Shown: positions 17,434 through 25,416 of the stretch, one piece after another
How positions within the stretch are numbered: position 1 is the stretch's first letter
Layout of the letters: every line of letters starts with the position of its first letter
Source of the DNA: an uncultured Sandaracinaceae bacterium
GTDB taxonomy: Bacteria; Myxococcota_A; Polyangia; Polyangiales; JADJQN01
Length of the DNA: 50,420 nucleotides
Reading direction: 5' to 3'
Assembly: GCA_964635815.1 (NCBI GenBank)
Contig: CAZWQH010000001.1
Coordinates: forward strand, 1-50,420
Notes under the pieces: model-generated
The model's database searches: none
What the model was told of the DNA's origin: nothing
Seen by the model: the letters and a program-made list of their open reading frames with translations, nothing else
Translations under genes and position numbers: made by a program

Positions 17434-18882
17434 CTACTCGTCGTCTATGTCGCCCTCGATAAATGCCTGGGCTTCGAGCGCTCGGCGCACATCTGTATCG
17501 CGGGGATATTTTTCGGAGAGCATTCTAAGCAACGTGCCCGGCAGCTCGTCGATCTCCGCTTCGTTCAGCAGAGACACGATGTCGAGCCCCACTCTGGCGC
17601 CTTCGTCGGACCGGCGCTTTGGTTTCGAACCCAGAAGCCAGTATCCAAAAAGGAGAGCAGCCCCTTCGACACATTCAGCCGACGAAAGGCGTGTTGCCAA
17701 CGCGAGCGTCGTGTCTTCGCCGAGCAAAAGTACTCCTTCGCGTTTCAGGCGTTCGGCAAACCATGCGCTCGGGTGATTCCCGAGCACCATCTCGATGTAC
17801 CGCACGAGGAGACGATTCTCCACGTCGGAAAGATCGGCTTCGGTGAGTGCAGCTAGCCCCGCCCGCAAGTCGCCGATCCCGATGTGTACGATCGCATTCT
17901 CGCGAGCGAGATCCGATCGATTCAGACCAGTCGAGGCAACGGTTCGATACGCCTCGGGCGACGGCAACAACCACGCGTATGCGTTCCCACATCCGTCCAG
18001 CGCGTGAACGGTGCCGTCGTGCAATCGAACGTGAACGATGCGGCACGCCGATGGCGGAAGGCGAGCAAGCGTGTACGCGCGGTGGTCTTCGAGAAGAACC
18101 ACCCCGACTCGCGTGTCATGCTCGTCTTCTGTCGTCCCGGCCCAGACGACGATGCGAGCTTCTTGCGCGACATGCAGCGCGTCCGGTTCGATCGGAACAT
18201 CGGATACGTTCAGCTGCGTGACGCGCGCGCCGTCCTCGATGTCAGTCTCTACCCGCATGCACTCATGAGTGAAGACGACGCGGTCCGTTTCGCTCGCACT
18301 CGCAAGAGCAACTCGATCCCGATGAGGCGCCAGGCGTCGGTGTCGAACGCTGCCGTCACGTATCGATAGCTCGACCAGCGCGACGTTCGCGATGCCGAGC
18401 GAGCTCGACCCGGATCGAATCATCACGGAGTCATTCCCGAACGCGAACACGTCGCGGGCCAGCGAGATCGCCTCATCGTGGAGTACCAGCTCGACTTTCG
18501 CGTGCGGGACGTTCCACACGACCACCGAGTCGTCGTGCAGCGTTACGAGCGTCTCCTGACCCAGAAACCTCGGTGGTCCCCAACTCAGCGGCTCGTGCAG
18601 CTCGTCGCTCTTTGGTGGGCGCAGCCGAGCGACGCGCTTCCGGTCCGGGACGCTCCAAAGATCGACCTCCCCGCTCCCATCCACGAGAGCGAAGTACCGC
18701 GCTCCGCTCGAAACCGCGTACCGCGCATCTTCAGAATCCGTTGCGACCGGAAGTTGCGTCGGTGCGCTTAACCCCGGGGGATACAAGTCGATGGACGCAC
18801 CACGCGCGACCACACACGAGCCGTCGTCCGCGACAGCAAGGACTTCTCCTCCCAGCTTGGCCGTTGGACGCTGTGCGCTCAT
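17434..18882 (-). CDS. hypothetical protein, N-terminal WD40/beta-propeller-like, C-terminal helical
   Basis: Contains repeated blade-like strings (GEVDLWSVPDRKRVARL; DDSVVVWNVPHAKVELVLH). The C-terminal ~130 aa are helix-rich and acidic. No catalytic motif recognised. Confidence 0.55.
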   Translation of the reverse strand: MSAQRPTAKLGGEVLAVADDGSCVVARGASIDLYPPGLSAPTQLPVATDSEDARYAVSSGARYFALVDGSGEVDLWSVPDRKRVARLRPPKSDELHEPLSWGPPRFLGQETLVTLHDDSVVVWNVPHAKVELVLHDEAISLARDVFAFGNDSVMIRSGSSSLGIANVALVELSIRDGSVRHRRLAPHRDRVALASASETDRVVFTHECMRVETDIEDGARVTQLNVSDVPIEPDALHVAQEARIVVWAGTTEDEHDTRVGVVLLEDHRAYTLARLPPSACRIVHVRLHDGTVHALDGCGNAYAWLLPSPEAYRTVASTGLNRSDLARENAIVHIGIGDLRAGLAALTEADLSDVENRLLVRYIEMVLGNHPSAWFAERLKREGVLLLGEDTTLALATRLSSAECVEGAALLFGYWLLGSKPKRRSDEGARVGLDIVSLLNEAEIDELPGTLLRMLSEKYPRDTDVRRALEAQAFIEGDIDDE

Positions 18883-19001
18883 GGCGTGTAGTTACGGGGA
18901 ATCGGTAACATTTCTTCCCCTCGTCATCTAGGCGGAGTCCTTGTGCGCCCGGGCCGCTTGACACGCGAGCCATGTTGAAACCGCACCCAAAAGGGTCATG
19001 A

Positions 19002-20042
19002 ATGGGCGGAGGTTCTGTGGCTAACACCGGTGTCGTTCGTAACGTTTCGCGACTTGGGTTTCCTTGGATCACGGCGGATCCGTTTCTCTTCTGTGCGCAC
19101 CACGACGATGCGTATCCGAAGGGCAACGAAGACATGGGCCCCGCCGTATCGCTCGAGGGTCGCGACATGGGGCAAGACTTCGCCGGCAAAGACGGTTGGC
19201 GCATGTACCACGGCGACGTGGTACCGGGTTTTCCACAGCATCCACATCGAGGATTCGAGACCGTCACGATCGTTCGCAACGGTCTGATCGATCATTCCGA
19301 CTCGCTTGGAGCGACTGCGCGATTTGGGGCTGGAGATGTGCAGTGGCTGACAGCGGGCAAAGGCGTCGTTCACGCTGAAATGTTTCCACTCGTCGCGCGC
19401 GACGCGGAGAATCCTCTCGAGCTTTTTCAGATCTGGCTGAACCTCCCGAGGGCCAACAAGATGGTCGAACCGCATTTCTCCATGCTCTGGAGCGGAAAGG
19501 TTCCGAAACGGTCGGTTCGCGATTCGGAGAATCGTGCGACTGAAGTGACCGTTATCGCAGGCTCGCTCGACGGCATCGCAGCACTACCACCGCCCCCAAA
19601 GTCTTGGGCCTCGAACCCCGACTCCGATCTCGCGATCTGGACGTTCAAAATGGAGCCACACGCAGAGTGGACGATGCCCGCGGCGAAGCCAGGCACCAAT
19701 CGAACCCTCTACGTGTTTCGGGGAGCGGGCGCGGAAATCGCCGGGACGACGGTGCCGGGCGTGTGCGCGGTCGAGATGCGCCCGGACGCGGAAGTACCGA
19801 TCAAGAACGGCGACGCGCCGGGAGACTTCCTGCTTCTCCAAGGGCGTCCCATCGGCGAGCCTGTCGCACACCACGGCCCGTTCGTCATGAACTCTGTCGA
19901 GGAGTTGAGGCAAGCATTCGCGGACTTCCAACGCACACAGTTCGGCGGATGGCCGTGGGACAGCAGCGGCCCCGTTCACGCACGCGAAGAGGGCATTTTC
20001 GCGAAGCACCCTGACGGCCGAGTCGAGCGACCATCGAAGTAG
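19002..20042 (+). CDS. pirin family protein
   Basis: Cupin metal site HPHRGFETVTIVRNGLIDHSDSLG...GDVQWLTAGKGVVHAEMF, plus a second cupin half. Confidence 0.85.
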   Translation: MGGGSVANTGVVRNVSRLGFPWITADPFLFCAHHDDAYPKGNEDMGPAVSLEGRDMGQDFAGKDGWRMYHGDVVPGFPQHPHRGFETVTIVRNGLIDHSDSLGATARFGAGDVQWLTAGKGVVHAEMFPLVARDAENPLELFQIWLNLPRANKMVEPHFSMLWSGKVPKRSVRDSENRATEVTVIAGSLDGIAALPPPPKSWASNPDSDLAIWTFKMEPHAEWTMPAAKPGTNRTLYVFRGAGAEIAGTTVPGVCAVEMRPDAEVPIKNGDAPGDFLLLQGRPIGEPVAHHGPFVMNSVEELRQAFADFQRTQFGGWPWDSSGPVHAREEGIFAKHPDGRVERPSK

Positions 20043-20080
20043 CGGCCACATAGCGGATTGTTCGGCGCTGAGCCCATGAA

Positions 20081-20144
20081 CTGCTCAGGGTGTTTCGGCC
20101 CTGAGCCACAAGCTGCTCAGGGTGTTTCGGCCCTGAGCCACAAG
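20081..20144. repeat. two perfect tandem 32-bp units, each a stem-loop, between convergent genes
   Basis: CTGCTCAGGGTGTTTCGGCCCTGAGCCACAAG occurs at 20081-20112 and again at 20113-20144. Each unit contains GCTCAGGG / 8-nt loop / CCCTGAGC. A degenerate partial copy precedes it (20059-20080). No T-tract lies on either strand. Confidence 0.9.
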
Positions 20145-20145
20145 C

Positions 20146-20430
20146 TCAGCGCGCAGCGATAGCTTCACCAACGTGGCCAAGGCGTTCGCTAAGGTGCTTT
20201 CTCATCGCATCCCCACCTGGCGCAAAAAGCACCACTGCGCCCGCACCAGCGAGCGTTCCTGCCACAAAACCACCGACGTTCCGCATGGGTGCGTACTTCA
20301 TCGATTTCGCGACGACCAGTGCTGCCAGCGCAGTCACAGGCAAGCTCGAAGCGAGTGTTTGCAGACGTTCGCGACTATTCGACGCGTCGAGGAGCTTCTT
20401 TCCGAAATCAATCAGGTGCGGGGTATCCAT
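20146..20430 (-). CDS. small membrane protein (hypothetical, 94 aa)
   Basis: The ATG at 20430 is preceded by AAGGAGAAGAAC. Has two Gly/Ala-rich hydrophobic segments (LPVTALAALVVA; GGFVAGTLAGAGAVVLFA). Confidence 0.55.
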   Translation of the reverse strand: MDTPHLIDFGKKLLDASNSRERLQTLASSLPVTALAALVVAKSMKYAPMRNVGGFVAGTLAGAGAVVLFAPGGDAMRKHLSERLGHVGEAIAAR

Positions 20431-20551
20431 GTTCTTCTCCTTGGTCAGGCGGTAGCAGAGGAAGTGACAAAGCATCGACCGTGCCCAGCGCCCTCACGGG
20501 GCACGGGCGGCCGGTTGGCCTCAATGGCATGCGCGTTGCGAGACCACCCGC

Positions 20552-21091
20552 ATGACCAACAAGACCTTGTCGTCGAAACTTACTTCATCGCTGCTCGTCG
20601 CGGCGGGCGTGTTGTTTCTCGCTGCGCCCGCGAGCGCTCAACAACGCCCGGTGCGGTTCCTCGCAAACGTCGGCGCAGAAGCCGGCGTCTATGTGGATCA
20701 GCGGAGCGGCCTCTTGCTCGGCGCCAATCTCGCGCTCGGCGTCGATATCCGAGGGTTCCAACTCTTTGGCTTGTCGCAAGGATTCGTGGGGCCCCTAATC
20801 AGCGGCCCCAACAGCGGACATATGACGGGCGTCATGTGGAACTCTCTCATGATCGGATTCGCCGCAGGTCCCCTCCGTCTTGCGGCTGGACCTTCGATGG
20901 ACTTTGCGTGGGGCTGCAACGACACGAACTCGGGCGCGGAGTGCTACACAGGAAACGGCCTCTTCGGAATCGATGTTCGTGCTGGTCTCGCGCTCGGGAA
21001 TCTTCTCCTGTCGATCGATGTCCATCCCACGTTCTATCGCTCGCGCACAGTGACAGGATTCGTCCTCGGAATCGGCTGGACGAGCGTCTGA
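20552..21091 (+). CDS. exported hypothetical protein (beta-barrel-like)
   Basis: Signal peptide SSLLVAAGVLFLAAPASAQQ. Gly-rich alternating hydrophobic pattern ending ...GFVLGIGWTSV. Confidence 0.55.
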   Translation: MTNKTLSSKLTSSLLVAAGVLFLAAPASAQQRPVRFLANVGAEAGVYVDQRSGLLLGANLALGVDIRGFQLFGLSQGFVGPLISGPNSGHMTGVMWNSLMIGFAAGPLRLAAGPSMDFAWGCNDTNSGAECYTGNGLFGIDVRAGLALGNLLLSIDVHPTFYRSRTVTGFVLGIGWTSV

Positions 21092-21165
21092 GCTGGAAAG
21101 CTGCGCACGGTTCTGAAGCGCGATCGCGCGCACGACGACAAACTCGAACCCCGCGAGCGCGCTTG

Positions 21166-22062
21166 TCATCGCGGGTTCCTCTGGATTCGCTGAAGCGCGC
21201 GCGTGCGAACGACACTCAGCTGCTGAGCTCTGCGAGACGCGCTCATCTTGTGATTGGAGAGGACGCGTTCGGCGCGCGCGACCTGCCTCTGAGTGTTGCG
21301 CTCGCGGCCGATTCCAGGTCGCACCTGAAGGGCTGCTCCTAGACTACGGATGGCGGACTCGATCTCGGTCATGTGGAACGTGTCGTCAAAGACCGCTTTC
21401 GACAGATCCTCGATGAGCTCCGCATCGCGATCAGAGGAGCCCTGCCCGTCGCTCGGCGCGTTGGATGACATGCGAGCGGCAAAACCCTCGGGCGACGGTG
21501 ACCTGGCGATCAGACCGAGCGCTCGAGTGACGCGCCACAGAGTTGCGTCGGGGCCCGTTTCGTTGGCACGAAGCATTGCCTCGGAGACTTCGACGAGTTG
21601 TTGACCTTCCGTTGCAGATCCGTTTTGTGCAGCGGCGAACGCTGCTTTGTAGCTCCGCCCAATCGGGCTCTGGTCGAAGGCGCCAACATCCGTCCGGTGC
21701 TGCGCACGGGCATCGCGCCGACGGTTCCGAACGATGCGACGGGCCGCAAGGCCGACAACAACAGCGCCTCCCACGAGGACTTCGGGCGGAGCCCCGATCG
21801 CGACGGCAACGCGCGAGAACGTGTCGGCGTGTGCCTGGCTTGCGGTGAGCGCACCAACGGCACCAACGCGAACTGCTGTTTGCGTCGCGGTGTGTCGAGC
21901 TCCTGACGCTGCGCGGACGACGCGATTACGGACGTTCGAGGCAGTCCGCCGCACCCAGGTCTGAACGCGCGACGCACGCGAAGCAGTGGGCGTACCGTCA
22001 GCGAGAGCGACTGGTGGCGCCGCGAGAGCCAAGACGAGGAGAAGAGAGAGCCGCGCGCGCAT
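21166..22062 (-). CDS. exported/membrane hypothetical protein
   Basis: The best start is ATG 22062, giving MRARLSLLLVLALAAPPVALA. Alternative in-frame ATGs lie at 22074 and 22086, and the ORF is open to 22194. One internal hydrophobic helix (LVGGAVVVGLAA). Confidence 0.5.
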   Translation of the reverse strand: MRARLSLLLVLALAAPPVALADGTPTASRASRVQTWVRRTASNVRNRVVRAASGARHTATQTAVRVGAVGALTASQAHADTFSRVAVAIGAPPEVLVGGAVVVGLAARRIVRNRRRDARAQHRTDVGAFDQSPIGRSYKAAFAAAQNGSATEGQQLVEVSEAMLRANETGPDATLWRVTRALGLIARSPSPEGFAARMSSNAPSDGQGSSDRDAELIEDLSKAVFDDTFHMTEIESAIRSLGAALQVRPGIGRERNTQRQVARAERVLSNHKMSASRRAQQLSVVRTRALQRIQRNPR

Positions 22063-22227
22063 TTCTCGATGCATAAGCGGACGCATTCGTTGACTATCTG
22101 CACGCGTCGTGCCGGTTACGAGCGCCGCGTTCATTGGACAATTTCGAGCGCGCCGAGGATTTTCCGGCCAGCCGACGGATCGACTAGCCGCCAAAAACTT
22201 TGGGAGGCCCGGCGTCGTCTCGCGTTG

Positions 22228-23349
22228 TCAGTCAAGAAGACCGACGTACGTGTGCGCACTTGATACTCCAGCGCCAGTCCGACCGCCGGCGACGTAGACT
22301 CGGCCTTCGAGGAATGGCGCGTAATGCAGGTGCTGAAGACCCTCAGGTATCGCGCCCGCGACGTCGTCCCACGGCCCTACGGCGCCCGTCTCACTCACGA
22401 GCGCACGCTGCACTCGGGCGGAAACACGCTGGGAATTGTAGTCACCAAAATAGCCAGCGACGACATAGATGGCGTCGCCGATGACAAAGCTGCCGTGTGT
22501 GGAGACGGACGATGGAAACGTGCCGACAGATTCCCAAGCGCCTAGCGTTCCGTCGGCTGAAACCACAGCGCGCAACGTGCTCGCCGCCGGCGTCGTACCC
22601 TCGAGACCGCCCACCACGTAAATCGCATCACGCACGACAACGGTCGAATTGTGACTTCGACCGCTCGGAAGCGACGTGACCGTGTCCCAGGCCGATACGG
22701 TTCCATCGTCTCGAATGCGACCGCGATAGACTTCTGCGAAGTGAGCCGGCGCGTCAAAGCCTCCGACTGCATAAACGAAGCCCTTGGTGATCACCGCCGT
22801 GATGTGAACTCGCGTAGCCGGGAGCGCTGGGCTCTCATTCCACGGTCCGAGCGTCCCATCGTCGAGCAACGCGGTCGACAGAGTTTGCGGCACTCCAGTT
22901 CGCGCGGTTCCGCCGACGATGAACAAGTGCGTTTCACTCACTGCCAGACCAAACGCTGCGCGCGCAGTCGGCATGGGAGTGAGCTCCGCAAATGCGCCGA
23001 GGGAGCCATCCTCACGAATGGGAGCGCGCTGAACACCAGTCGTGTTGGCCGCACGCTGTTCGTTGCGACCACCGATGACATAGAGGTATGCATTCCCGTT
23101 GGGCGCGCGTCGTACGAAGGAACCTAGGTGATCCACGCCCACGGGCAGGTTGGGGCCCGTCGTCCATTGAATTGCCGGCACGTGAGCATCGGTAGGACGA
23201 GACGCATCCTGATCCTGCACCGCGACATCTGCGGTGATACTCGACGCATCGATTGCCGCCGGGGTGGGCGTGCTGCCGCAGCTCGTCCATCCGAATGCGC
23301 AAAGCGCTGCAGCCCCTACGACGATGCGTGTGCGAGAAAAGAAGCTCAT
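22228..23349 (-). CDS. Kelch-repeat beta-propeller lipoprotein
   Basis: Signal/lipobox AALCAFGWTSCGS. Shows periodic Kelch signatures (LYVIGGR, LFIVGG, VYAVGGFD, IYVVGGLEG, IYVVAGY, VYVAGGR), each followed by a W/Y about 30-40 aa later. Confidence 0.75.
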   Translation of the reverse strand: MSFFSRTRIVVGAAALCAFGWTSCGSTPTPAAIDASSITADVAVQDQDASRPTDAHVPAIQWTTGPNLPVGVDHLGSFVRRAPNGNAYLYVIGGRNEQRAANTTGVQRAPIREDGSLGAFAELTPMPTARAAFGLAVSETHLFIVGGTARTGVPQTLSTALLDDGTLGPWNESPALPATRVHITAVITKGFVYAVGGFDAPAHFAEVYRGRIRDDGTVSAWDTVTSLPSGRSHNSTVVVRDAIYVVGGLEGTTPAASTLRAVVSADGTLGAWESVGTFPSSVSTHGSFVIGDAIYVVAGYFGDYNSQRVSARVQRALVSETGAVGPWDDVAGAIPEGLQHLHYAPFLEGRVYVAGGRTGAGVSSAHTYVGLLD

Positions 23350-23412
23350 CGCGATCTGCTAGCACTCCCCAACGCCCCGCGCCGATCCCGCTCACTCCCC
23401 ATACAAGAACTG

Positions 23413-23844
23413 TCAGCTCGTGGGAATCACGGGGACGCTGCTACCTCGGCCGACGCAACTCAGAACGTCGACGATCTTGCCGTCGACTTCCACAAGCAAC
23501 CGAAGCAGTCCGCTCGGATTCGAAGCGTTGCTGTGAACGTACTCGAGCCTTCCCGATCCACGGGGACCCGAGACCGGAAATGTCATCGTCGTGTAGCGCG
23601 TCACACCGCCGGCAGAAGACTCGTAGTTGGAGAATCCCCATCCGCGTTCGATCGGGCTACCAAGCTTGGCGGCAATCTCTGGACACTCTCGCGTGAGCTT
23701 CAAGGACTCCGCGTGTCCCGCCGAGTCGGTGCACCCGTACGGCGAAAGGAGCATCGAACCAATGAAAGTCCCGAAAACAGCGAACAGAGCACCAACTGGC
23801 CAGCATCCGACACCGGTCGGTTGAGATTGAGGTGCGTTGTCCAC
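23413..23844 (-). CDS. membrane-anchored hypothetical protein
   Basis: GTG start. One N-terminal helix (WPVGALFAVFGTFIGSMLL) followed by a ~100-aa soluble domain. Function unknown. Confidence 0.5.
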   Translation of the reverse strand: MDNAPQSQPTGVGCWPVGALFAVFGTFIGSMLLSPYGCTDSAGHAESLKLTRECPEIAAKLGSPIERGWGFSNYESSAGGVTRYTTMTFPVSGPRGSGRLEYVHSNASNPSGLLRLLVEVDGKIVDVLSCVGRGSSVPVIPTS

Positions 23845-24030
23845 GACGCGGACTATGACACCGTCCGATGTCTAGTCAGTCGGAATGAGTTCCGCGTGAA
23901 CCCGACGGCCGAGTTTCAGTGGGCAGGCACTTCTGGGATGAGCGAAGCGCGTGCGCCCTCATGGGCCGGTGCGACGCTCCCGCATCACTTGGCACTACAA
24001 ACGCACGGGAGCCTCACACAGGCGTCGGGA

Positions 24031-24399
24031 TCACATCGTGTAGAAGAACTCTTCGCGGGTGATCTTCCCATTGGCGACAGTGAACACGCCGATCTCGTCC
24101 ATCTTGTTGCGCTGATTCGTAGGCTTGAACGTGATGTCGTATTGGAAACGCACTGCGAACTTGTCCTCACCGTGCGGATACGGTCCGTGAACTTCGGACC
24201 CGTGAATCACATGATTCTCTACCCACCAAGTGTTCTTCCCGCGAACACCTTCGATCCCAGTGGTCGTTCGGTCTTTCCCTGGAGCAGACGCTGCTTCTAC
24301 GCTGACCACCTCGGGTGAGTAATAGGTGTTGATGCAATCCATGTTGCGGCCTTCTTTGCAGAGCCCAACAAGCTTCTTTCCGATTTCACTCGCGTTCAT
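24031..24399 (-). CDS. SnoaL-like / NTF2-fold protein
   Basis: 122 aa. GGAGG lies 5 nt before the ATG. The pattern (IGKKLVGLCKEGRNMDCINTYYSPEVVSVEA ... IGVFTVANGKITREEFFY) is typical of SnoaL-like domains. Confidence 0.6.
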   Translation of the reverse strand: MNASEIGKKLVGLCKEGRNMDCINTYYSPEVVSVEAASAPGKDRTTTGIEGVRGKNTWWVENHVIHGSEVHGPYPHGEDKFAVRFQYDITFKPTNQRNKMDEIGVFTVANGKITREEFFYTM

Positions 24400-24545
24400 G
24401 TTTGCCTCCGAGAGTCGGTCACTATCCGGGAGAAATCAGAACGGGACAAGGCAGGAGATCGCGACAAAATCATTCAAGATCGAGCGTTGGAAGCGCAAGC
24501 GTGTGCGCGAACACTTGCGAAGCGCAGGGCGCACGCGATCGACGG

Positions 24546-24926
24546 TCATGGTTTCGGACGCGAGGGAGAGGAACAGAAGCGAGCAACGGTCTCGATGAGA
24601 GGCGTAATCTGCACAGGCTTCATCAGATGCGCGGCCGCGTCGAAGCTCTGAATATCTCCGCCACCCGACAACGCGATCACTGGGATTGAAGCCCATGCCG
24701 GCTCCTTGCGCTGCTCGATGCGAAACGCCCAACCGTCCATCACGGGCATCCGCAAATCTATGAGGATCACGCGCGGCAAAGTCGTGCATTCGCGAAGGCG
24801 ATCAAGCGCCTGAGATCCGTTCGCCGCTGTCACGACCGTGTAGCCGTACGTTCGCAGAACGTCGGCGATCGCGTCCCGACCGTCTTCGTCATCTTCCACC
24901 AAGAGAACGGTCTCAGAGAGAGTCAT
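24546..24926 (-). CDS. single-domain response regulator (CheY-like receiver)
   Basis: [12 protein letters not shown]...[13 protein letters not shown] (phospho-acceptor Asp)...PVIALSG...KP. The start overlaps the stop of the kinase remnant in ATGA. Confidence 0.85.
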   Translation of the reverse strand: MTLSETVLLVEDDEDGRDAIADVLRTYGYTVVTAANGSQALDRLRECTTLPRVILIDLRMPVMDGWAFRIEQRKEPAWASIPVIALSGGGDIQSFDAAAHLMKPVQITPLIETVARFCSSPSRPKP

Positions 24927-25092
24927 GGGCGGTCCCTCTTTAGCAGAATTTGCGTTTTCAACCGTTCGAGTCGTCGGGGAAGATCCACGACGAACAACGA
25001 CCCCTCGCCGGGGCGACTCGTCACACGAACGGCTCCACCACGCGCCTCGACCAACTGACGGGTGATGTAGAGCCCAAGGCCCACGAGGGTAG
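24923..25092 (-). pseudogene. histidine kinase remnant (only the G2 box and tail of the ATPase domain remain)
   Basis: The frame ending at 24923 reads ...[38 protein letters not shown], which is the last ~40 aa of an HATPase_c domain. Upstream, the same frame is Arg-rich nonsense and is fully overlapped by the well-supported Rieske gene. No H box, N box or G1 box appears in any frame. Confidence 0.65.
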
Positions 25093-25416
25093 TCAGGGTG
25101 GACTCACTGTCGGAACATCGACGAAGACTTCGCCGTTCTGGACTTGGACGGGGAATGGACGGAGCTGAGTCGACTTCGGGTTGATGCCTTGCCCAGTACA
25201 CGCGTGGTACTCCCAACCATGTGCGCGACAGCTGATCACGGTTTCGCCGTCGAAAAATCCGATGCTGAGCGGAATGCGCTGGTGCGCGCAACGGTCCTCG
25301 TACGCGTAGATCGCCTCGCCCTTTCGAACTAGCAAGACCCTCGTCCCTTGCACGAGGAACCCCTTCATCTCGCCACTGCATAGATCGGCGAGCGCTGCTA
25401 CCCGAGTAAACGTCAT
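25093..25416 (-). CDS. Rieske [2Fe-2S] domain protein (ferredoxin-type, 107 aa)
   Basis: Rieske ligand motif CAH, 17 residues, then CRAH ([27 protein letters not shown]). Its ATG overlaps the RND pump stop in ATGA. Confidence 0.85.
   Translation of the reverse strand: MTFTRVAALADLCSGEMKGFLVQGTRVLLVRKGEAIYAYEDRCAHQRIPLSIGFFDGETVISCRAHGWEYHACTGQGINPKSTQLRPFPVQVQNGEVFVDVPTVSPP

Noticed and set aside
13914-20144. Tandem repeats at 13914-13975 and 20081-20144 as possible CRISPR arrays
   Set aside because: Each has only two abutting copies with no spacers. The two repeat sequences are unrelated, and no cas genes are in the window.
20173-21342. 389-aa + strand ORF
   Set aside because: Extremely Arg/Ser/His-rich. 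It overlaps three better-supported genes (20146-20430 minus, 20552-21091 plus in another frame, 21166-22062 minus).
23128-24318. 396-aa + strand ORF
   Set aside because: It is antisense to the Kelch, membrane-anchored and SnoaL-like genes. It has Arg-rich composition, no motif and no plausible ribosome binding site.
24923-25381. 152-aa minus-strand ORF as an intact gene
   Set aside because: Only its last ~50 residues are protein-like (kinase G2 box and tail). The first ~100 codons are Arg-rich and overlap the Rieske gene in another frame. It is reported instead as a kinase remnant.
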